From the NCBI GenBank assembly GCA_963719515.1, contig CAVRCJ010000003.1, positions 576,001 through 640,000 of the forward strand: a stretch of 64,000 nucleotides of DNA. The letters are read 5' to 3'. This DNA is from an uncultured cyanobacterium (GTDB taxonomy: Bacteria > Cyanobacteriota > Cyanobacteriia > CAKZMO01). How positions within the stretch are numbered: the stretch's first letter is position 1; every line of letters begins with the position of its first letter. Shown here piece after piece: positions 1 through 10,875 of this stretch. Below the pieces are notes generated by a model. The model was not told the origin of the DNA and searched no databases. It saw nothing but the letters and a program-made list of their open reading frames with translations. The translations under genes were made by a program, and so were the position numbers.

Positions 1-2
1 TT

Positions 3-770
3 GTGGCGGCGATCGCGGCGGCGGCGTTGGGCCCAGAGAACGTGCTGGGGGTGCTGATGCCCTCGCCCTACAGCTCGGGCCATTCGATTAGCGACGCCGA
101 GCAGCTGGCCCAAACCCTGGGCATCCGCACCGAGACGCTGCCCATTGAGACGCTGATGCAGGGCTACGACAAGACGCTGGATGGACTGTTTGCGGGTAGC
201 GAGTTTGGCGTGGCGGAGGAGAATTTGCAGTCCCGAATTCGGGGCAATCTGCTGATGGCGCTGTCGAACAAGTTCGGCCATTTGCTGCTGACCACGGGCA
301 ATAAGTCGGAGATGGCGGTGGGCTACTGCACGCTGTATGGCGATATGAATGGGGGGCTGGCGGTGATTGCGGATGTGCCTAAGACGAAGGTTTACGATAT
401 TTGCCGCTGGCTGAATGAGCATGAAGGTAAGCCTTTAGGGCAGCTTGTGTCTCAGGGGAAAGAGATTGTGCCCATCGCAATTATTGAGAAAGCGCCGAGC
501 GCGGAGCTAAAGCCAGGGCAGGTGGACCAGGATTCGCTGCCCAGCTATGAGGTGCTGGACGATATTTTGGATCGCCTTCTGATTCACCATCAGCCTGTGG
601 AGGCGGTGGAGGCGGCGGGGCATCCCCGTGAGGTGGTGGACCGGGTGATTAAGCTTTTGACGCGGGCGGAGTTTAAGCGGCGGCAGGCGGCACCGGGGCT
701 GAAGGTGACGGACCGGGCGTTTGGGACGGGGTGGCGGATGCCGATCGCCAGCCGGGTGGTTTATCGGTGA
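3..770 (+). CDS. nadE: NAD+ synthetase, C-terminal part (gene starts upstream of the window)
   Basis: ENLQSRIRG, TTGNKSE, GYCTLYGD, APSAEL..QxDQDSLP and EFKRRQA motifs. Confidence 0.95.
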   Translation: MAAIAAAALGPENVLGVLMPSPYSSGHSISDAEQLAQTLGIRTETLPIETLMQGYDKTLDGLFAGSEFGVAEENLQSRIRGNLLMALSNKFGHLLLTTGNKSEMAVGYCTLYGDMNGGLAVIADVPKTKVYDICRWLNEHEGKPLGQLVSQGKEIVPIAIIEKAPSAELKPGQVDQDSLPSYEVLDDILDRLLIHHQPVEAVEAAGHPREVVDRVIKLLTRAEFKRRQAAPGLKVTDRAFGTGWRMPIASRVVYR

Positions 771-856
771 CGTTGGGTGATTGAGACTCGGCGGCGATGA
801 TTTTGGTTAACTGTTGTCTTCTTGTCTCCAGACGCAGCCTTGTAGGACATTTGCGC

Positions 857-915
857 GTTCAGTTGCTTACGCAACGTCAGGCTTTAGCCAATTCTGATGT
901 CCTAAGCAACTGAAC
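857..915. other. Long inverted repeat/hairpin between nadE and dtd
   Basis: Perfect 13-bp arms GTTCAGTTGCTTA (857-869) and TAAGCAACTGAAC (903-915), plus inner ACGTCAG/CTGATGT pairing. Confidence 0.7.
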
Positions 916-982
916 CAATGCAATAGTGCGATCGCTGTCTATGGCAGTGTGTCCCTGTAAATCTGGTTTATAGTCAACTGCT

Positions 983-1212
983 ATGCGATTCAACGCGTTA
1001 CTGCCTCCAGCGTCACCGTTAGCGGTCAAGTTATTGGCTCTATTGGGCGTGGCCTCAACGTGCTAGTGGGCATCGCCAGCACCGACACCGACGCTGAGCT
1101 GCAGTGGATGGCCCGCAAATGTCTAGAGCTGCGGCTGTTTCCTAGTGAAGATAGCGATCGCTTCGACTGCTCTGTACAAGATATCAATGGCGAGCTGCTG
1201 ATAATCAGCCAA
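983..1212 (+). pseudogene. dtd: D-aminoacyl-tRNA deacylase, 5' fragment (IS-interrupted, start frameshifted)
   Basis: Manual translation from 988: [29 protein letters not shown]...[10 protein letters not shown]...[17 protein letters not shown] at 983 is out of frame. Confidence 0.9.
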
Positions 1213-2578
1213 ATGAACTACACCTAACCGCTACGCTGAGCTAGGTGTTTCGTGCGCTTCATTGCCCCTAGTTGCCTCATGCTTCCGCAGTTGGTAGAGC
1301 TAGGCGGCTCAGCGCTTGCGAGGGAAGATTCCTGCCCCCGTGCCCAGATCAGATTGACCTGAGCAGCATTGGTATCGCGGTCTTCGGTATGGCCGCAGTG
1401 TTGGCATCGGTGGATACGGTCGCTCAACGTCTTGGGCGTCAGCTCCCAGCACTGAGCGCAGCGCTGGGACGGCTTGAGCTGCCGGGTAGGAGACTCCAGA
1501 TAGAATCCGCCCGCCTCAGCTTCCTTGTAGGACAGCAGCGGTCTAACCCTTGCAAACCCCACCGACAGGATTGAGCGATTGAGACCGGCCTTTTGACGTT
1601 TCCGCTTGCCTTTGCGGGCCTTGCGGGTCATGCCCTTGACGTTAAGCTGCTCTCCGGCGACTAGGCTATTACGGCTAACTATGTTGCTGGTGAGCTTGTG
1701 CAACCAATCCGCTCGCTGGTTGGCTACCTTGCGTTGAATCTTGGAAACTTTGCGTCTGGCTTTGCGCCAGCGGTTAGAGGCTTTGACGCCCTGCTTGCGG
1801 TTGGGCCTGCGTTTGCGGCGCAGCACCTTGCAGGCCTGCTTAACCGCGACGTCGCCCGCTTTGATGAACTCAGGCTTTTCCTCTTTGGTGCCGTCTGAGA
1901 ACGACACCGCATTAGTGCAGCCTAAGTCTATCCCGACAGCACCGCCAGCGGTTTGGCGCTCTGGGCTGCACGCCACGGTGATGGAGGCGTACCACTTCCC
2001 TTCACTTGGCCGGTAGACAATCGTGCAGGTTGTCGGTCTCCCCCAGGTACGAGCTTGTCCTCGCATCCGAATCTTGCCCAAGTTTGATAGCTGCAGGCAA
2101 CCATTGATGCCATCGCTTAGCGCCTTCCAGCCAGAACCGCACGGATAGGTCCAGCCAGAGAACAGCCGTATCGACTTGAACTTGGGATACTTCCCTAGCC
2201 CTTTGAAGAACCGCTGAAACGCAAAGTCTACTCCCTTGACCGTAGCCTGCAAAGCATGACTGCCCAAAGCTTTGTACTCTGGCCAGCACTCCTTGAATGC
2301 AGGTAGCAGGTTTTGCTGGTCGATGTAGCCCACAGACTGCCCGTGCTGTTTGTAGCTGGTGCGGCGGTGCTCTATGCAGGCGTTGTACAGGTAGGCATGA
2401 AGACGCCGCCACTCGAACAGCATCGCCCCTTGCTGGGTCGTCGGGTAGAGCCTATACGTTACACGGCGTGTTGCCATAACTCGATGTATGCACTGAGACA
2501 ATCGTACTATGTTCGCTACGCTCACGCGCTATCCTTCCCTAATCCGCTTCGCTGAGATTAGGGACTGCCGCGATTCTG
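1213..2578 (-). mobile_element. IS200/IS605-family (IS1341-like, tnpB-only) element
   Basis: Subterminal hairpins at 1220-1248 (RE) and 2537-2563 (LE); ends shared with the element at 25818-27301; removal restores dtd SQ|FTL with no target duplication. Confidence 0.92.
1224..2477 (-). CDS. tnpB: RNA-guided endonuclease TnpB
   Basis: YRLYPT N-terminus, RuvC GIDLG / EQLNVKGM / DRDTNAA and CxxC..CxxC zinc finger; start taken at MATRR. Confidence 0.95.
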   Translation of the reverse strand: MATRRVTYRLYPTTQQGAMLFEWRRLHAYLYNACIEHRRTSYKQHGQSVGYIDQQNLLPAFKECWPEYKALGSHALQATVKGVDFAFQRFFKGLGKYPKFKSIRLFSGWTYPCGSGWKALSDGINGCLQLSNLGKIRMRGQARTWGRPTTCTIVYRPSEGKWYASITVACSPERQTAGGAVGIDLGCTNAVSFSDGTKEEKPEFIKAGDVAVKQACKVLRRKRRPNRKQGVKASNRWRKARRKVSKIQRKVANQRADWLHKLTSNIVSRNSLVAGEQLNVKGMTRKARKGKRKRQKAGLNRSILSVGFARVRPLLSYKEAEAGGFYLESPTRQLKPSQRCAQCWELTPKTLSDRIHRCQHCGHTEDRDTNAAQVNLIWARGQESSLASAEPPSSTNCGSMRQLGAMKRTKHLAQRSG

Positions 2579-2782
2579 TTCACGCTGTACGGCGACTGCC
2601 GTAAGGGACGCCGCCCGTCGTTCGACCAAGCCGCTGCCCCGGCGATCGCTGAGGTTCAGTACGACAAGTTTGTAGCGCTGCTGCGGGAGAGTGGCCTGCA
2701 GGTGAAGACAGGTAGGTTTGGAGCCAGCATGCAGGTCAGTATTACAAACGATGCTCCAGTGACTATTATTCTGGAGCGCTAG
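2579..2782 (+). pseudogene. dtd: D-aminoacyl-tRNA deacylase, 3' fragment
   Basis: [19 protein letters not shown]...[24 protein letters not shown]. Confidence 0.9.
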
Positions 2783-2825
2783 CGCACTGTTGCACTGTAG
2801 AGGCTGAACTCCTGAATCAGTAAAA

Positions 2826-2847
2826 CGGGGACCTACGAAGGTCCCCG
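2826..2847 (-). terminator. Intrinsic terminator of glsF
   Basis: CGGGGACCT-ACGA-AGGTCCCCG hairpin followed by TTTT on the minus strand, ~25 nt after the stop. Confidence 0.75.
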
Positions 2848-2871
2848 GAATCAGCGTCGGCGCAGTAGCCG

Positions 2872-5800
2872 CTAGCTGACCGTCGTCAGCAGCTTGTCAT
2901 CTACAGCGCTTGCCGTCGCTTCTACGCCATCAGCTTCAGACGGCGGCACTACCTGCCAAAAGCGCGGCAGCATCTCCGACCACTGGTCTAGAATTTGCTG
3001 CGCTTTCTGGCTGCCGGTACGCTCTACATGAGCCTCAATCAGAGACTTGAGCTGCTTTTCGCCTGCCGCCGTCTGCACACGCTGAATTGAAACGATCTCC
3101 GGATTCATTTTCTCCGGCAGGCTCCCTTCCTCATCTAAGAAGTAGGCTAGTCCGCCGGTCATGCCGGCGCCGATGTTGCGTCCCGCGCGGCCAAGCACCA
3201 CCACGACACCGCCAGTCATGTACTCGCAGCAGTGGTCGCCTGCGCCCTCAATTACCGCACGTCCCTTGGAGTTGCGCACCGCGAATCGCTCCCCAGCCTG
3301 GCCGTTGGCGTACAGGGTACCCCCTGTCGCACCATAGAGGCAGGTGTTGCCGATGATCACGTTTTGGGACGGGTCATAGGCCGCTTCGGGCAAAGGCTTG
3401 ACGATAATTTCGCCGCCGTGCATACCCTTACCCACGTAGTCATTGGACTCCCCTTCCAGGTGCAGCGTCATGCCTGGGAGGCAGAAGGCCCCAAAGCTCT
3501 GACCAGCGCTGCCCTTAAAGTTCAGGGTGATTTGACCCGTAAAGCCCCGGTTGCCGTGCGCCTTCGCGATCGCCCCCGACAGCCGCCCGCCAACAGAGCG
3601 GTCAGTGCTGACGATATCCACCGCTTTAGTGACATCGCCATGAGTCTTAATCGCGGCGGTAATCTCAGGGTCGCCAAGGATGTCGTCATCCAGCACCGGG
3701 CCGTTGCTGTGCACGCTTTCGTGCTTTAGCCAGCTCCGGTTCTCCCGCACATCGGGCAGCGCCAGCAGGCAGTCTAAGTTGAGCACAGCGGTCTTGGTGA
3801 GCTTGGCATCGTCGCGCACTTTCAGCAGGTCCGTTCGGCCCACAATATCGTTCAGCGAGCGATAGCCCAGCCGCGCCAGCAGCGATCGCGTCTCTTCAGC
3901 AATGAAGTAGAAGAAATTGACCACATGCTCGGGAACGCCCGTGAAGCGCTTACGCAGCTTCTCCTGCTGGGTCGCAACGCCCACAGGGCAATTGTTGGTG
4001 TGACAGATGCGGGCCATAATACAGCCCTCGGCAATCATAGCGATAGACCCAAAGCCGTACTCTTCAGCGCCCATCAGCGCTGCCATAATCACGTCCCAGC
4101 CCGCTTTGAGGCCGCCGTCAGCCCGCAGCAAGACGCGATCGCGCAGGCCGTTGTTCAGCAGAACGCGGTGCACTTCCGTGACCCCCAGCTCCCAGGGCAC
4201 CCCGGCATGCTTAATAGAGCTGAGAGGAGACGCCCCCGTACCGCCGTCATGGCCAGAGATTTGAATCACGTCGGCGTTGGCTTTCGCCACTCCCGCCGCG
4301 ATGGTGCCGATGCCAATTTCTGCTACCAGCTTCACCGAGACCTTGGCGTTGGGGTTAATCTGGTGCAGATCAAAGATGAGCTGAGCTAGATCCTCAATGG
4401 AATAGATGTCATGGTGGGGGGGCGGTGAAATCAGGGTGACCCCAGGCTTAGAGAGCCGCAGTTGGGCGATGTAGGGGCTCACCTTACGTCCAGGGAGCTG
4501 CCCCCCTTCACCGGGCTTCGCGCCCTGAGCCATTTTGATTTCAATCTGTCTGGCGCTCATCAGGTACTCCGGCGTGACGCCGAAGCGGCCCGAGGCTACC
4601 TGCTTGATGGCCGAACTGGCGGTATCGCCGTTGCGCAGTCCCTTCAGGTGAGGCATGCTTTGGGACTGACCCTGGTCATCCACGTCGTTCATCACCTTAA
4701 AGCGGATGTCGTCTTCTCCCCCCTCACCGGAGTTAGACTTGCCGCCGATGCGGTTCATGGCCACAGCCAAGGTCTCGTGGGCCTCGCGAGACAGGGACCC
4801 CAGAGACATGCCGCCTGTGCAGAAGCGCTTGACGATGTCTTCCACTGATTCCACCTCGTCTACCGAGATGGGCTCGCGATCGCTCTGGAAGTCCAGCAGA
4901 TCCCGCAGCGCGGTTAGGGGGCGGCTGCCAATCTGCTGCTTGTAGACCTCGTAGTGGTCATGGTCTTTGTCGGCCACCGCCTTATGCAGCGCCTTCACCA
5001 GCTCAGGGCTGTTCATGTGGTATTCGCCGCCGGGCTTGTACTGCACAAAGCCGAAATTCTGCAGCTTCTTGGCGATTTCGGGGTAGGCCCGCTCGTGGAT
5101 GGCGATTACCTCCTGGGCTAAATCCCAGGTGCTGAGCCCCCCGACGCGCGAGACCGTGCCCTTGAATGCCGTCTGCAGCAGATCTGGCCCGATGCCGATG
5201 GCCTCAAAAATTTGAGCGCCGTGGTAGCTGGACAGTAGCGATATGCCCATCTTGGACAAGATTTTCAACAGGCCTGCCTCAACCCCTTTGCGGTAGTTGG
5301 CTTGGGCCTGAATGATGGAAATCTTCTCTAAGCGGCCTTTCTCCATTTGGTTTTGGATTTTAGTGCTGCTCCACCAGTGGCGTACCGTCTCTAGAGCGAG
5401 ATAGGGGCAAACCGCGCTAGCGCCGTAGCCCATTAGGCAGGCAAAATGATGCGTGCTCCAGCACTGGGCGGTATCGATGACCAGCGATGCCTTCATCCGC
5501 AGATTGGCAGTGATTAGGTGGTGGTGCACCGCACCGGTTACCAGCAGAGGCGGCAGCAGGCTGTAGCCCTTATCGGTGCCGCCCACCTCGCCGTCGGGGT
5601 GGAGGCGATCGCTCAGCACTAGGATCTGAGCGCCGTTCTGCACCGCTTCAGCGGCGGACTGACACAGATTGGCGATCGCCCGCTTAAATCCCTCAGGGCC
5701 GTCGTCAATTTTAAACAGCGTAGACAGCTCGGCAACGCCAAAGCCAGAGTCTCTGATTGCCGTCAGCTCCCCATCGTTGAGCACGGGTGAGCCAAGCTTG

Positions 5801-7524
5801 ATTTGGCGGGCGTACTCGGGCTTCTCCTCCAGCAGGTTGCCCCGCGCGCCGAGCCGCATTGCCAGAGACATCACCAGGCTCTCCCGCAGGGGGTCGATGG
5901 GGGGATTGGTCACCTGGGCAAAGCGCTGCTTGAAGTAGTCGTACAGCAGGCGCGGCTTATCGGAGAGCACCGCCAGCGGAATGTCGTCGCCCATGCAAAA
6001 CGTGGGCTCTTTCCCCTGGGAGGCCATCGCTTCGATGATCATCTCCACATCTTCAGTGGTATAGCCGAAGGAGGCCTGCTGGCGCAGTAGCGTGTCAGCG
6101 TCAAGCTGAGCTTCACCTTGAAAGTCCTGGGGCTGAATTTCATGGCGGTGGGCCTTGAGCCATTCGCCATAGGGCTGCTGGCTGGCCACCCGCTGCTTGA
6201 TGTCCCAGTTGCGCAGCACCTCGTGGCGCTCTAGGTCCACCGCAATCATCTCGCCAGGGGCCAGGCGACCTTTTTCCACGACCTCCGCCTCAGACACGGG
6301 GACTACGCCCGCTTCTGACGCCACAATGATGCAGCCGTCCTGAGTGATGCAGTAGCGGGCCGGACGCAGCCCGTTGCGGTCTAGCGCTGCCCCCACGGTT
6401 TTGCCGTCGCTGAACACCAGCAGGGCAGGGCCGTCCCAGGGCTCCTGAATACCGCCATAGTACTCGTAGAAGTCCACGATTTCAGGATGGTCCTTCAGAG
6501 CGGGCTGGCTCTTGTACGCTTCTGGTACCATCACCGTCACCGCCCCCATAGGGCTGCGGCCCGAGTGCACCAGCAGCTCCAGCACGTTGTCCAAGCTGGC
6601 AGAGTCGCTGTTTTCTGGCCGGACAATGGGCTTAATGGTATCAAAGCGATCGCCCCAAACCTCATGGGAGAGATCGGCTTCCCGCGCCATCATCCAGTTG
6701 ACGTTGCCCAGCAGCGTGTTGATTTCGCCGTTGTGGCCCAGCATCCGCATCGGCTGAGCCAAAGGCCAGCGGGGCAGGGTGTTGGTGCTGAAGCGACGGT
6801 GGTAGAAGGCGAAAGGACTCTCGTAGTCTTCATCTTTGAAGTCGAGGTAAAATTCCCCCAGCACCGCTGAGCGCACCATCCCCTTGTACGTTATGGTGCG
6901 GCCCGATAGAGAGCAGATGTAAAAGTCTTCTAGGGCAGCCGTCTCTGCGTCAGAGAGCTGACCGGACGCCAGCACTTCGACCACTCGGTTATCCAGCTGG
7001 CGGCGTAGCAAATACAGCTCCCGCTCTAGCTCATCCCCCTCAAGAGCGGACTGGAGAACAATCTGCTCAATCTGGGGTTGATTCTCTCGGGCCTGTGGTC
7101 CCAGCACGGACGGATCAACCGGCACTTCACGCCAGCCTAATCCGGTAAAAACCGACTTGGCCACCTCTTGCTCGATCAGCTGTTTTGCTACGTTTGCAGT
7201 ATTCCCCTGGGGCAAGAACACCATTCCCACGGCCAGCGACTGGTCTGTCGTGACGCCAGCCGCAGCCATCCAAGCTTGAATAATCTTCCAGGGAATTGCG
7301 GTCATGATACCCGCGCCGTCTCCAGAGTCTTGGTCGGCGCTACAGCCGCCTCGGTGCTCCATGCAGGTTAGGGCACCTAGCGACTTCTGAACTAGCGATC
7401 GCGACGCTCGGCCATACTGGTCGGCGATAAATCCAACACCGCACGCATCACGCTCTTCTACGAGCCATCGTTGTCCCGGATGCAATGAATCTTGCCCTCG
7501 GTGCGACTGCGTCTTGATATCCAT
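2872..7524 (-). CDS. glsF: Ferredoxin-dependent glutamate synthase (Fd-GOGAT)
   Basis: [48 protein letters not shown] and CHTNNCP motifs; 1550 aa. Confidence 0.95.
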   Translation of the reverse strand: MDIKTQSHRGQDSLHPGQRWLVEERDACGVGFIADQYGRASRSLVQKSLGALTCMEHRGGCSADQDSGDGAGIMTAIPWKIIQAWMAAAGVTTDQSLAVGMVFLPQGNTANVAKQLIEQEVAKSVFTGLGWREVPVDPSVLGPQARENQPQIEQIVLQSALEGDELERELYLLRRQLDNRVVEVLASGQLSDAETAALEDFYICSLSGRTITYKGMVRSAVLGEFYLDFKDEDYESPFAFYHRRFSTNTLPRWPLAQPMRMLGHNGEINTLLGNVNWMMAREADLSHEVWGDRFDTIKPIVRPENSDSASLDNVLELLVHSGRSPMGAVTVMVPEAYKSQPALKDHPEIVDFYEYYGGIQEPWDGPALLVFSDGKTVGAALDRNGLRPARYCITQDGCIIVASEAGVVPVSEAEVVEKGRLAPGEMIAVDLERHEVLRNWDIKQRVASQQPYGEWLKAHRHEIQPQDFQGEAQLDADTLLRQQASFGYTTEDVEMIIEAMASQGKEPTFCMGDDIPLAVLSDKPRLLYDYFKQRFAQVTNPPIDPLRESLVMSLAMRLGARGNLLEEKPEYARQIKLGSPVLNDGELTAIRDSGFGVAELSTLFKIDDGPEGFKRAIANLCQSAAEAVQNGAQILVLSDRLHPDGEVGGTDKGYSLLPPLLVTGAVHHHLITANLRMKASLVIDTAQCWSTHHFACLMGYGASAVCPYLALETVRHWWSSTKIQNQMEKGRLEKISIIQAQANYRKGVEAGLLKILSKMGISLLSSYHGAQIFEAIGIGPDLLQTAFKGTVSRVGGLSTWDLAQEVIAIHERAYPEIAKKLQNFGFVQYKPGGEYHMNSPELVKALHKAVADKDHDHYEVYKQQIGSRPLTALRDLLDFQSDREPISVDEVESVEDIVKRFCTGGMSLGSLSREAHETLAVAMNRIGGKSNSGEGGEDDIRFKVMNDVDDQGQSQSMPHLKGLRNGDTASSAIKQVASGRFGVTPEYLMSARQIEIKMAQGAKPGEGGQLPGRKVSPYIAQLRLSKPGVTLISPPPHHDIYSIEDLAQLIFDLHQINPNAKVSVKLVAEIGIGTIAAGVAKANADVIQISGHDGGTGASPLSSIKHAGVPWELGVTEVHRVLLNNGLRDRVLLRADGGLKAGWDVIMAALMGAEEYGFGSIAMIAEGCIMARICHTNNCPVGVATQQEKLRKRFTGVPEHVVNFFYFIAEETRSLLARLGYRSLNDIVGRTDLLKVRDDAKLTKTAVLNLDCLLALPDVRENRSWLKHESVHSNGPVLDDDILGDPEITAAIKTHGDVTKAVDIVSTDRSVGGRLSGAIAKAHGNRGFTGQITLNFKGSAGQSFGAFCLPGMTLHLEGESNDYVGKGMHGGEIIVKPLPEAAYDPSQNVIIGNTCLYGATGGTLYANGQAGERFAVRNSKGRAVIEGAGDHCCEYMTGGVVVVLGRAGRNIGAGMTGGLAYFLDEEGSLPEKMNPEIVSIQRVQTAAGEKQLKSLIEAHVERTGSQKAQQILDQWSEMLPRFWQVVPPSEADGVEATASAVDDKLLTTVS

Positions 7525-7637
7525 AACCGGTTGTTTCCTCGTAACTGCTTGATGGTGTAAGTTGACCTGGGCAACTAAGCGAAAGGTGGGAGCCGTAAGG
7601 GGGTGACGGGCTGGCTCGGCAGTGACCTGTCAACGTC

Positions 7638-7661
7638 TTACAAGTTTCTTCAAACTTGTAA
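7638..7661. promoter_or_regulatory. Palindromic operator candidate upstream of glsF
   Basis: TTACAAGTTT-CTTC-AAACTTGTAA, perfect 10-bp arms. Confidence 0.5.
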
Positions 7662-8690
7662 AGCTAGCGTGAATGCGTGATGTGATCAGCAATCTAGCAG
7701 GAGATGGAGTTGAGTACAAAGACCCTCATCCGTTTCGGGCGGTTTGCCTGCGCCGCGGCGTCCATACTGTGGTCTTTTTGTCGCATTCGCGCCAATGCGG
7801 TACTCCTTATCTGTGTCCCTTCTGTGTCCTTATAGTGACCATTGACTACTTCCGAGGCGCAGGTTCTTCGGCAGTGAGCCCGTACCCTAGAAGTAGACTT
7901 TGGAAAAAGCACCCTCCAACTGTCCGCCAGATTTGGCTCAACAGTTGGATTAAGCGCCGGTGAGGCGGCAGCTATAGGGGATCTCAGCAAGGGTTAGAGC
8001 ATTCTACAACAGAGCAATTGAAATCCGGTAATCCCGTCATCTGCAAAGATGAGCGAGGTAAGGGCAGACTTGACAGTTGGGTTAGAGCCTTATCCTCTAA
8101 TTATGAAATGCTCCGTAAAATCTTCAACCTAGCGTCACTGATCCTTGATAATTGCCTGCAGCGATCGCGAGTGTGCTCGATGCCGCAGACGTGAGGATGC
8201 GAGTGTGAGGTAGCCAGTATAGTGGAATCCAGGACAGCGTTATGTATTGATGGCGACCTGACCGGCAAGCGGGATGGATGTAATTAGACAACCAGCGAAA
8301 TGTGAGGCCAACGGTCCTAAATAAAGAAGAGGCAAAGTTTTTGTGATTTTGGCCGAGGTCTACTCCCCCCACAGATGGCCTCCTGTTATCGTGAGTTCAG
8401 ATTGCTGTGCAGGGGTATTTCGACTAGTCCTGTGACGGTTTTGCGCAGTGTTTAGCCCGATAGAGTTTGGCGACGGCAATTTTTGGAAATACTGCTCATG
8501 AGGCCAGCAATGCATTACTTCAGGCTTCATGGCCCTAATGCCCTAATGCTCACGGCCCAATCAAAGCTGCCGGTTTGCAGTAGCTCTCGATAACCTGTGC
8601 TCGAGGATGCGTTGCTGAGACCTACTACGGCCTCTGTTCGTTCCAACCCTAGAGTCCATCTCTCATTCTATCTAACTAGGAGAAGCTATC

Positions 8691-9119
8691 GTGGTTCAAG
8701 CTAAAGAAGCTAAAGAAGTTACCTCATCCTCAATTTCTGCTCTGGCTCAAATGTCCCCAGAGTCACTCAGTGTTGCTAATGGTGAGTCCCGCCCGTGGGG
8801 GGCGTTCACGGTTCTAGAAGAAGGCAACGGCTACAAAATTAAGCGGATTGAAGTCAAGCCGGGTCACCGTCTGAGTCTGCAGATGCACCACCACCGCAGC
8901 GAGCATTGGATCGTCGTCTCTGGGACAGCGCTCGTGACCTGCGGTGAGGCCGAGACGCTACTGTCGAGCAATCAGTCTACCTACGTGCCTCCCTGCACGA
9001 GTCACCGGCTGGAAAACCCCGGCGTAATTCCTCTAATTCTTATTGAGGTCCAAAACGGCCAGTATCTCGGCGAAGACGATATTATCCGTTTCCAAGACGA
9101 CTACTCCCGTAATAAATAG
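8691..9119 (+). CDS. Phosphomannose isomerase type II C-terminal cupin protein
   Basis: RPWG, LSLQMHHHRSEHW, HRLENPG and EVQNGQYLGEDDIIRFQDDY motifs. Confidence 0.9.
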   Translation: MVQAKEAKEVTSSSISALAQMSPESLSVANGESRPWGAFTVLEEGNGYKIKRIEVKPGHRLSLQMHHHRSEHWIVVSGTALVTCGEAETLLSSNQSTYVPPCTSHRLENPGVIPLILIEVQNGQYLGEDDIIRFQDDYSRNK

Positions 9120-9218
9120 GCCAAGCATTAAGCTGCGCCTGTAGCTTTAAAGGCCATGAAGAAGTAGAACAAAAGTCCGTTACATAATTTATTGTTTCGG
9201 GCGGCTTCACGCAGCTTC

Positions 9219-9262
9219 AGCGATGCAGACTAGAAGGTAAGCCTTTAATCTGCATCGCTTTT
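9219..9262 (+). terminator. Hairpin / putative intrinsic terminator
   Basis: AGCGATGCAGA (9219-9229) pairs with TCTGCATCGCT (9249-9259), followed by TTT. Confidence 0.55.
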
Positions 9263-9343
9263 GAGGGTTGATCTACCAGCATTGGTCTCATGGAGCGGGC
9301 TCGAAATTTAGGCAGCGCATCACTCTATTCTCGACAACTCGCC

Positions 9344-9730
9344 ATGATTCACGTTACCGATGCTGCTAGCAGAGAGCTGCGACGCTTAGAGCGGCAGCAG
9401 GGGCTACAGCACTCTACTTTAATTGTTGATGTCTGCTCTGAAGGCTGTCTGGACCTGTCGTATCAGCTGAGCTTTCAAGAGGTGGTACCCGACGACTACG
9501 TTGTCCTATCTCCTAGCGGCACAACCTCAGCGGCGCACTCGTCCACTGACATTATCATTGCGATCGCCTCAGCGGCCCAGCCCTATGTCTCTGGCCTCAA
9601 GATTGACTACTCTGAGGATCTATTGGGAGGGGGATTCAGGTTCCATAACCCCAACGCCGCCAGCGCCTGTGGCTGCAGCCATTCCTTTGCGATCGCCGAA
9701 TCGGATGCTGCGCTCAGCTCAACGCTCTAA
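9344..9730 (+). CDS. HesB/IscA-family Fe-S cluster assembly accessory protein
   Basis: IDYSEDLLGGGFRFHNPNA..CGCSHSF and GC motif; usual position upstream of rpsL. Confidence 0.88.
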   Translation: MIHVTDAASRELRRLERQQGLQHSTLIVDVCSEGCLDLSYQLSFQEVVPDDYVVLSPSGTTSAAHSSTDIIIAIASAAQPYVSGLKIDYSEDLLGGGFRFHNPNAASACGCSHSFAIAESDAALSSTL

Positions 9731-9843
9731 AGCGCATTGTCGCCGCGGACGGTAGGGTATCCTGTTGACCGTTTTTGACGGGAACTGCTAACATGGGAGA
9801 CCGTTGCAAATATTTTCCTCAAGCCGGTCAAACACAAACCATA

Positions 9844-10218
9844 ATGCCGACGATTCAGCAGCTTGTCCGTAGCGAGCGTCAAAAAGCAAAGCAAAAAACG
9901 AAGTCTCCCGCGCTAAAAAGCTGTCCGCAGCGGCGGGGAGTTTGCACTCGCGTATATACGACGACCCCTAAGAAGCCTAACTCGGCGTTGCGTAAGGTCG
10001 CTCGCGTCCGCCTTACGTCGGGATTCGAGGTGACCGCCTACATTCCTGGCATTGGCCATAATCTTCAAGAGCACTCGGTGGTGATGATTCGCGGAGGGCG
10101 AGTCAAAGATTTGCCCGGTGTCAGATACCATATCGTACGAGGTACTCTAGATACGGCCGGCGTCAAAGACAGGCGACAGAGTCGCTCGAAATACGGCGCG
10201 AAGAAACCCAAGGCATAG
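9844..10218 (+). CDS. rpsL: 30S ribosomal protein S12
   Basis: [18 protein letters not shown] and [10 protein letters not shown]. Confidence 0.99.
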   Translation: MPTIQQLVRSERQKAKQKTKSPALKSCPQRRGVCTRVYTTTPKKPNSALRKVARVRLTSGFEVTAYIPGIGHNLQEHSVVMIRGGRVKDLPGVRYHIVRGTLDTAGVKDRRQSRSKYGAKKPKA

Positions 10219-10364
10219 CCTTGTAGGGTTTAGCCTTATCGAAAGTTAGGCCGGGCAACGAAAAGCGGATCTTGACAGATCCAATTGAGCTTCGTCCGGT
10301 CTGCTCAGTTTGCTGAGCATTCTCTAGCTAGTTATTGCCATATACCAATGCACATAGGTTAAGT

Positions 10365-10835
10365 ATGTCCCGCCGTACATCAGCACAAAAGCGCACCATC
10401 GCCCCCGATCCCAAATACAACAGCCGCCTCGTCAGCATGATGGTCAGCCGAATCATGGAAAGCGGCAAAAAGTCGCTGGCCTATCGTATTGTCTACGATG
10501 CGTTTGGGATTATTGAAGAGCGCACTGGAACAGAGCCATTAGAGGTCTTTGAGCAGGCTGTTCGCAACACCACGCCGTTGGTGGAGGTCAAAGCGCGGCG
10601 GGTAGGGGGAGCAACGTATCAGGTTCCTATGGAAGTTCGCTCTGAGCGGGGCGTGGCCCTTTCGCTTCGCTGGCTGATCCAGTTTTCTCGGCAGCGGGCG
10701 GGTCGCACCATGGCGATGCGGCTGGCTAACGAGCTGATGGATGCGGCCAACGAGACGGGTAGCGCTATCCGTCGGCGTGAGGAAACCCACCGTATGGCTG
10801 AAGCAAATAAAGCGTTTGCTCATTATCGTTATTAG
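10365..10835 (+). CDS. rpsG: 30S ribosomal protein S7
   Basis: [11 protein letters not shown] and [15 protein letters not shown]. Confidence 0.99.
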   Translation: MSRRTSAQKRTIAPDPKYNSRLVSMMVSRIMESGKKSLAYRIVYDAFGIIEERTGTEPLEVFEQAVRNTTPLVEVKARRVGGATYQVPMEVRSERGVALSLRWLIQFSRQRAGRTMAMRLANELMDAANETGSAIRRREETHRMAEANKAFAHYRY

Positions 10836-10875
10836 GGTCCGATAGCGATCGCGATTAAGACAACCGGAGGCAGCT

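Noticed and set aside
1213..2578. IStron (self-splicing intron-IS) that would rescue dtd
   Set aside because: Only ~100 bp lie between the LE and tnpB, too little for a group I intron; the element is antisense to dtd and dtd has other lesions.
3087..7371. Antisense and alternate-frame ORFs inside glsF and other long genes
   Set aside because: Expected shadow ORFs in GC-rich coding DNA.
7673..8372. Short ORFs in the glsF-cupin intergenic region
   Set aside because: No recognisable motifs, two overlap on opposite strands, and starts are weak; likely spurious.
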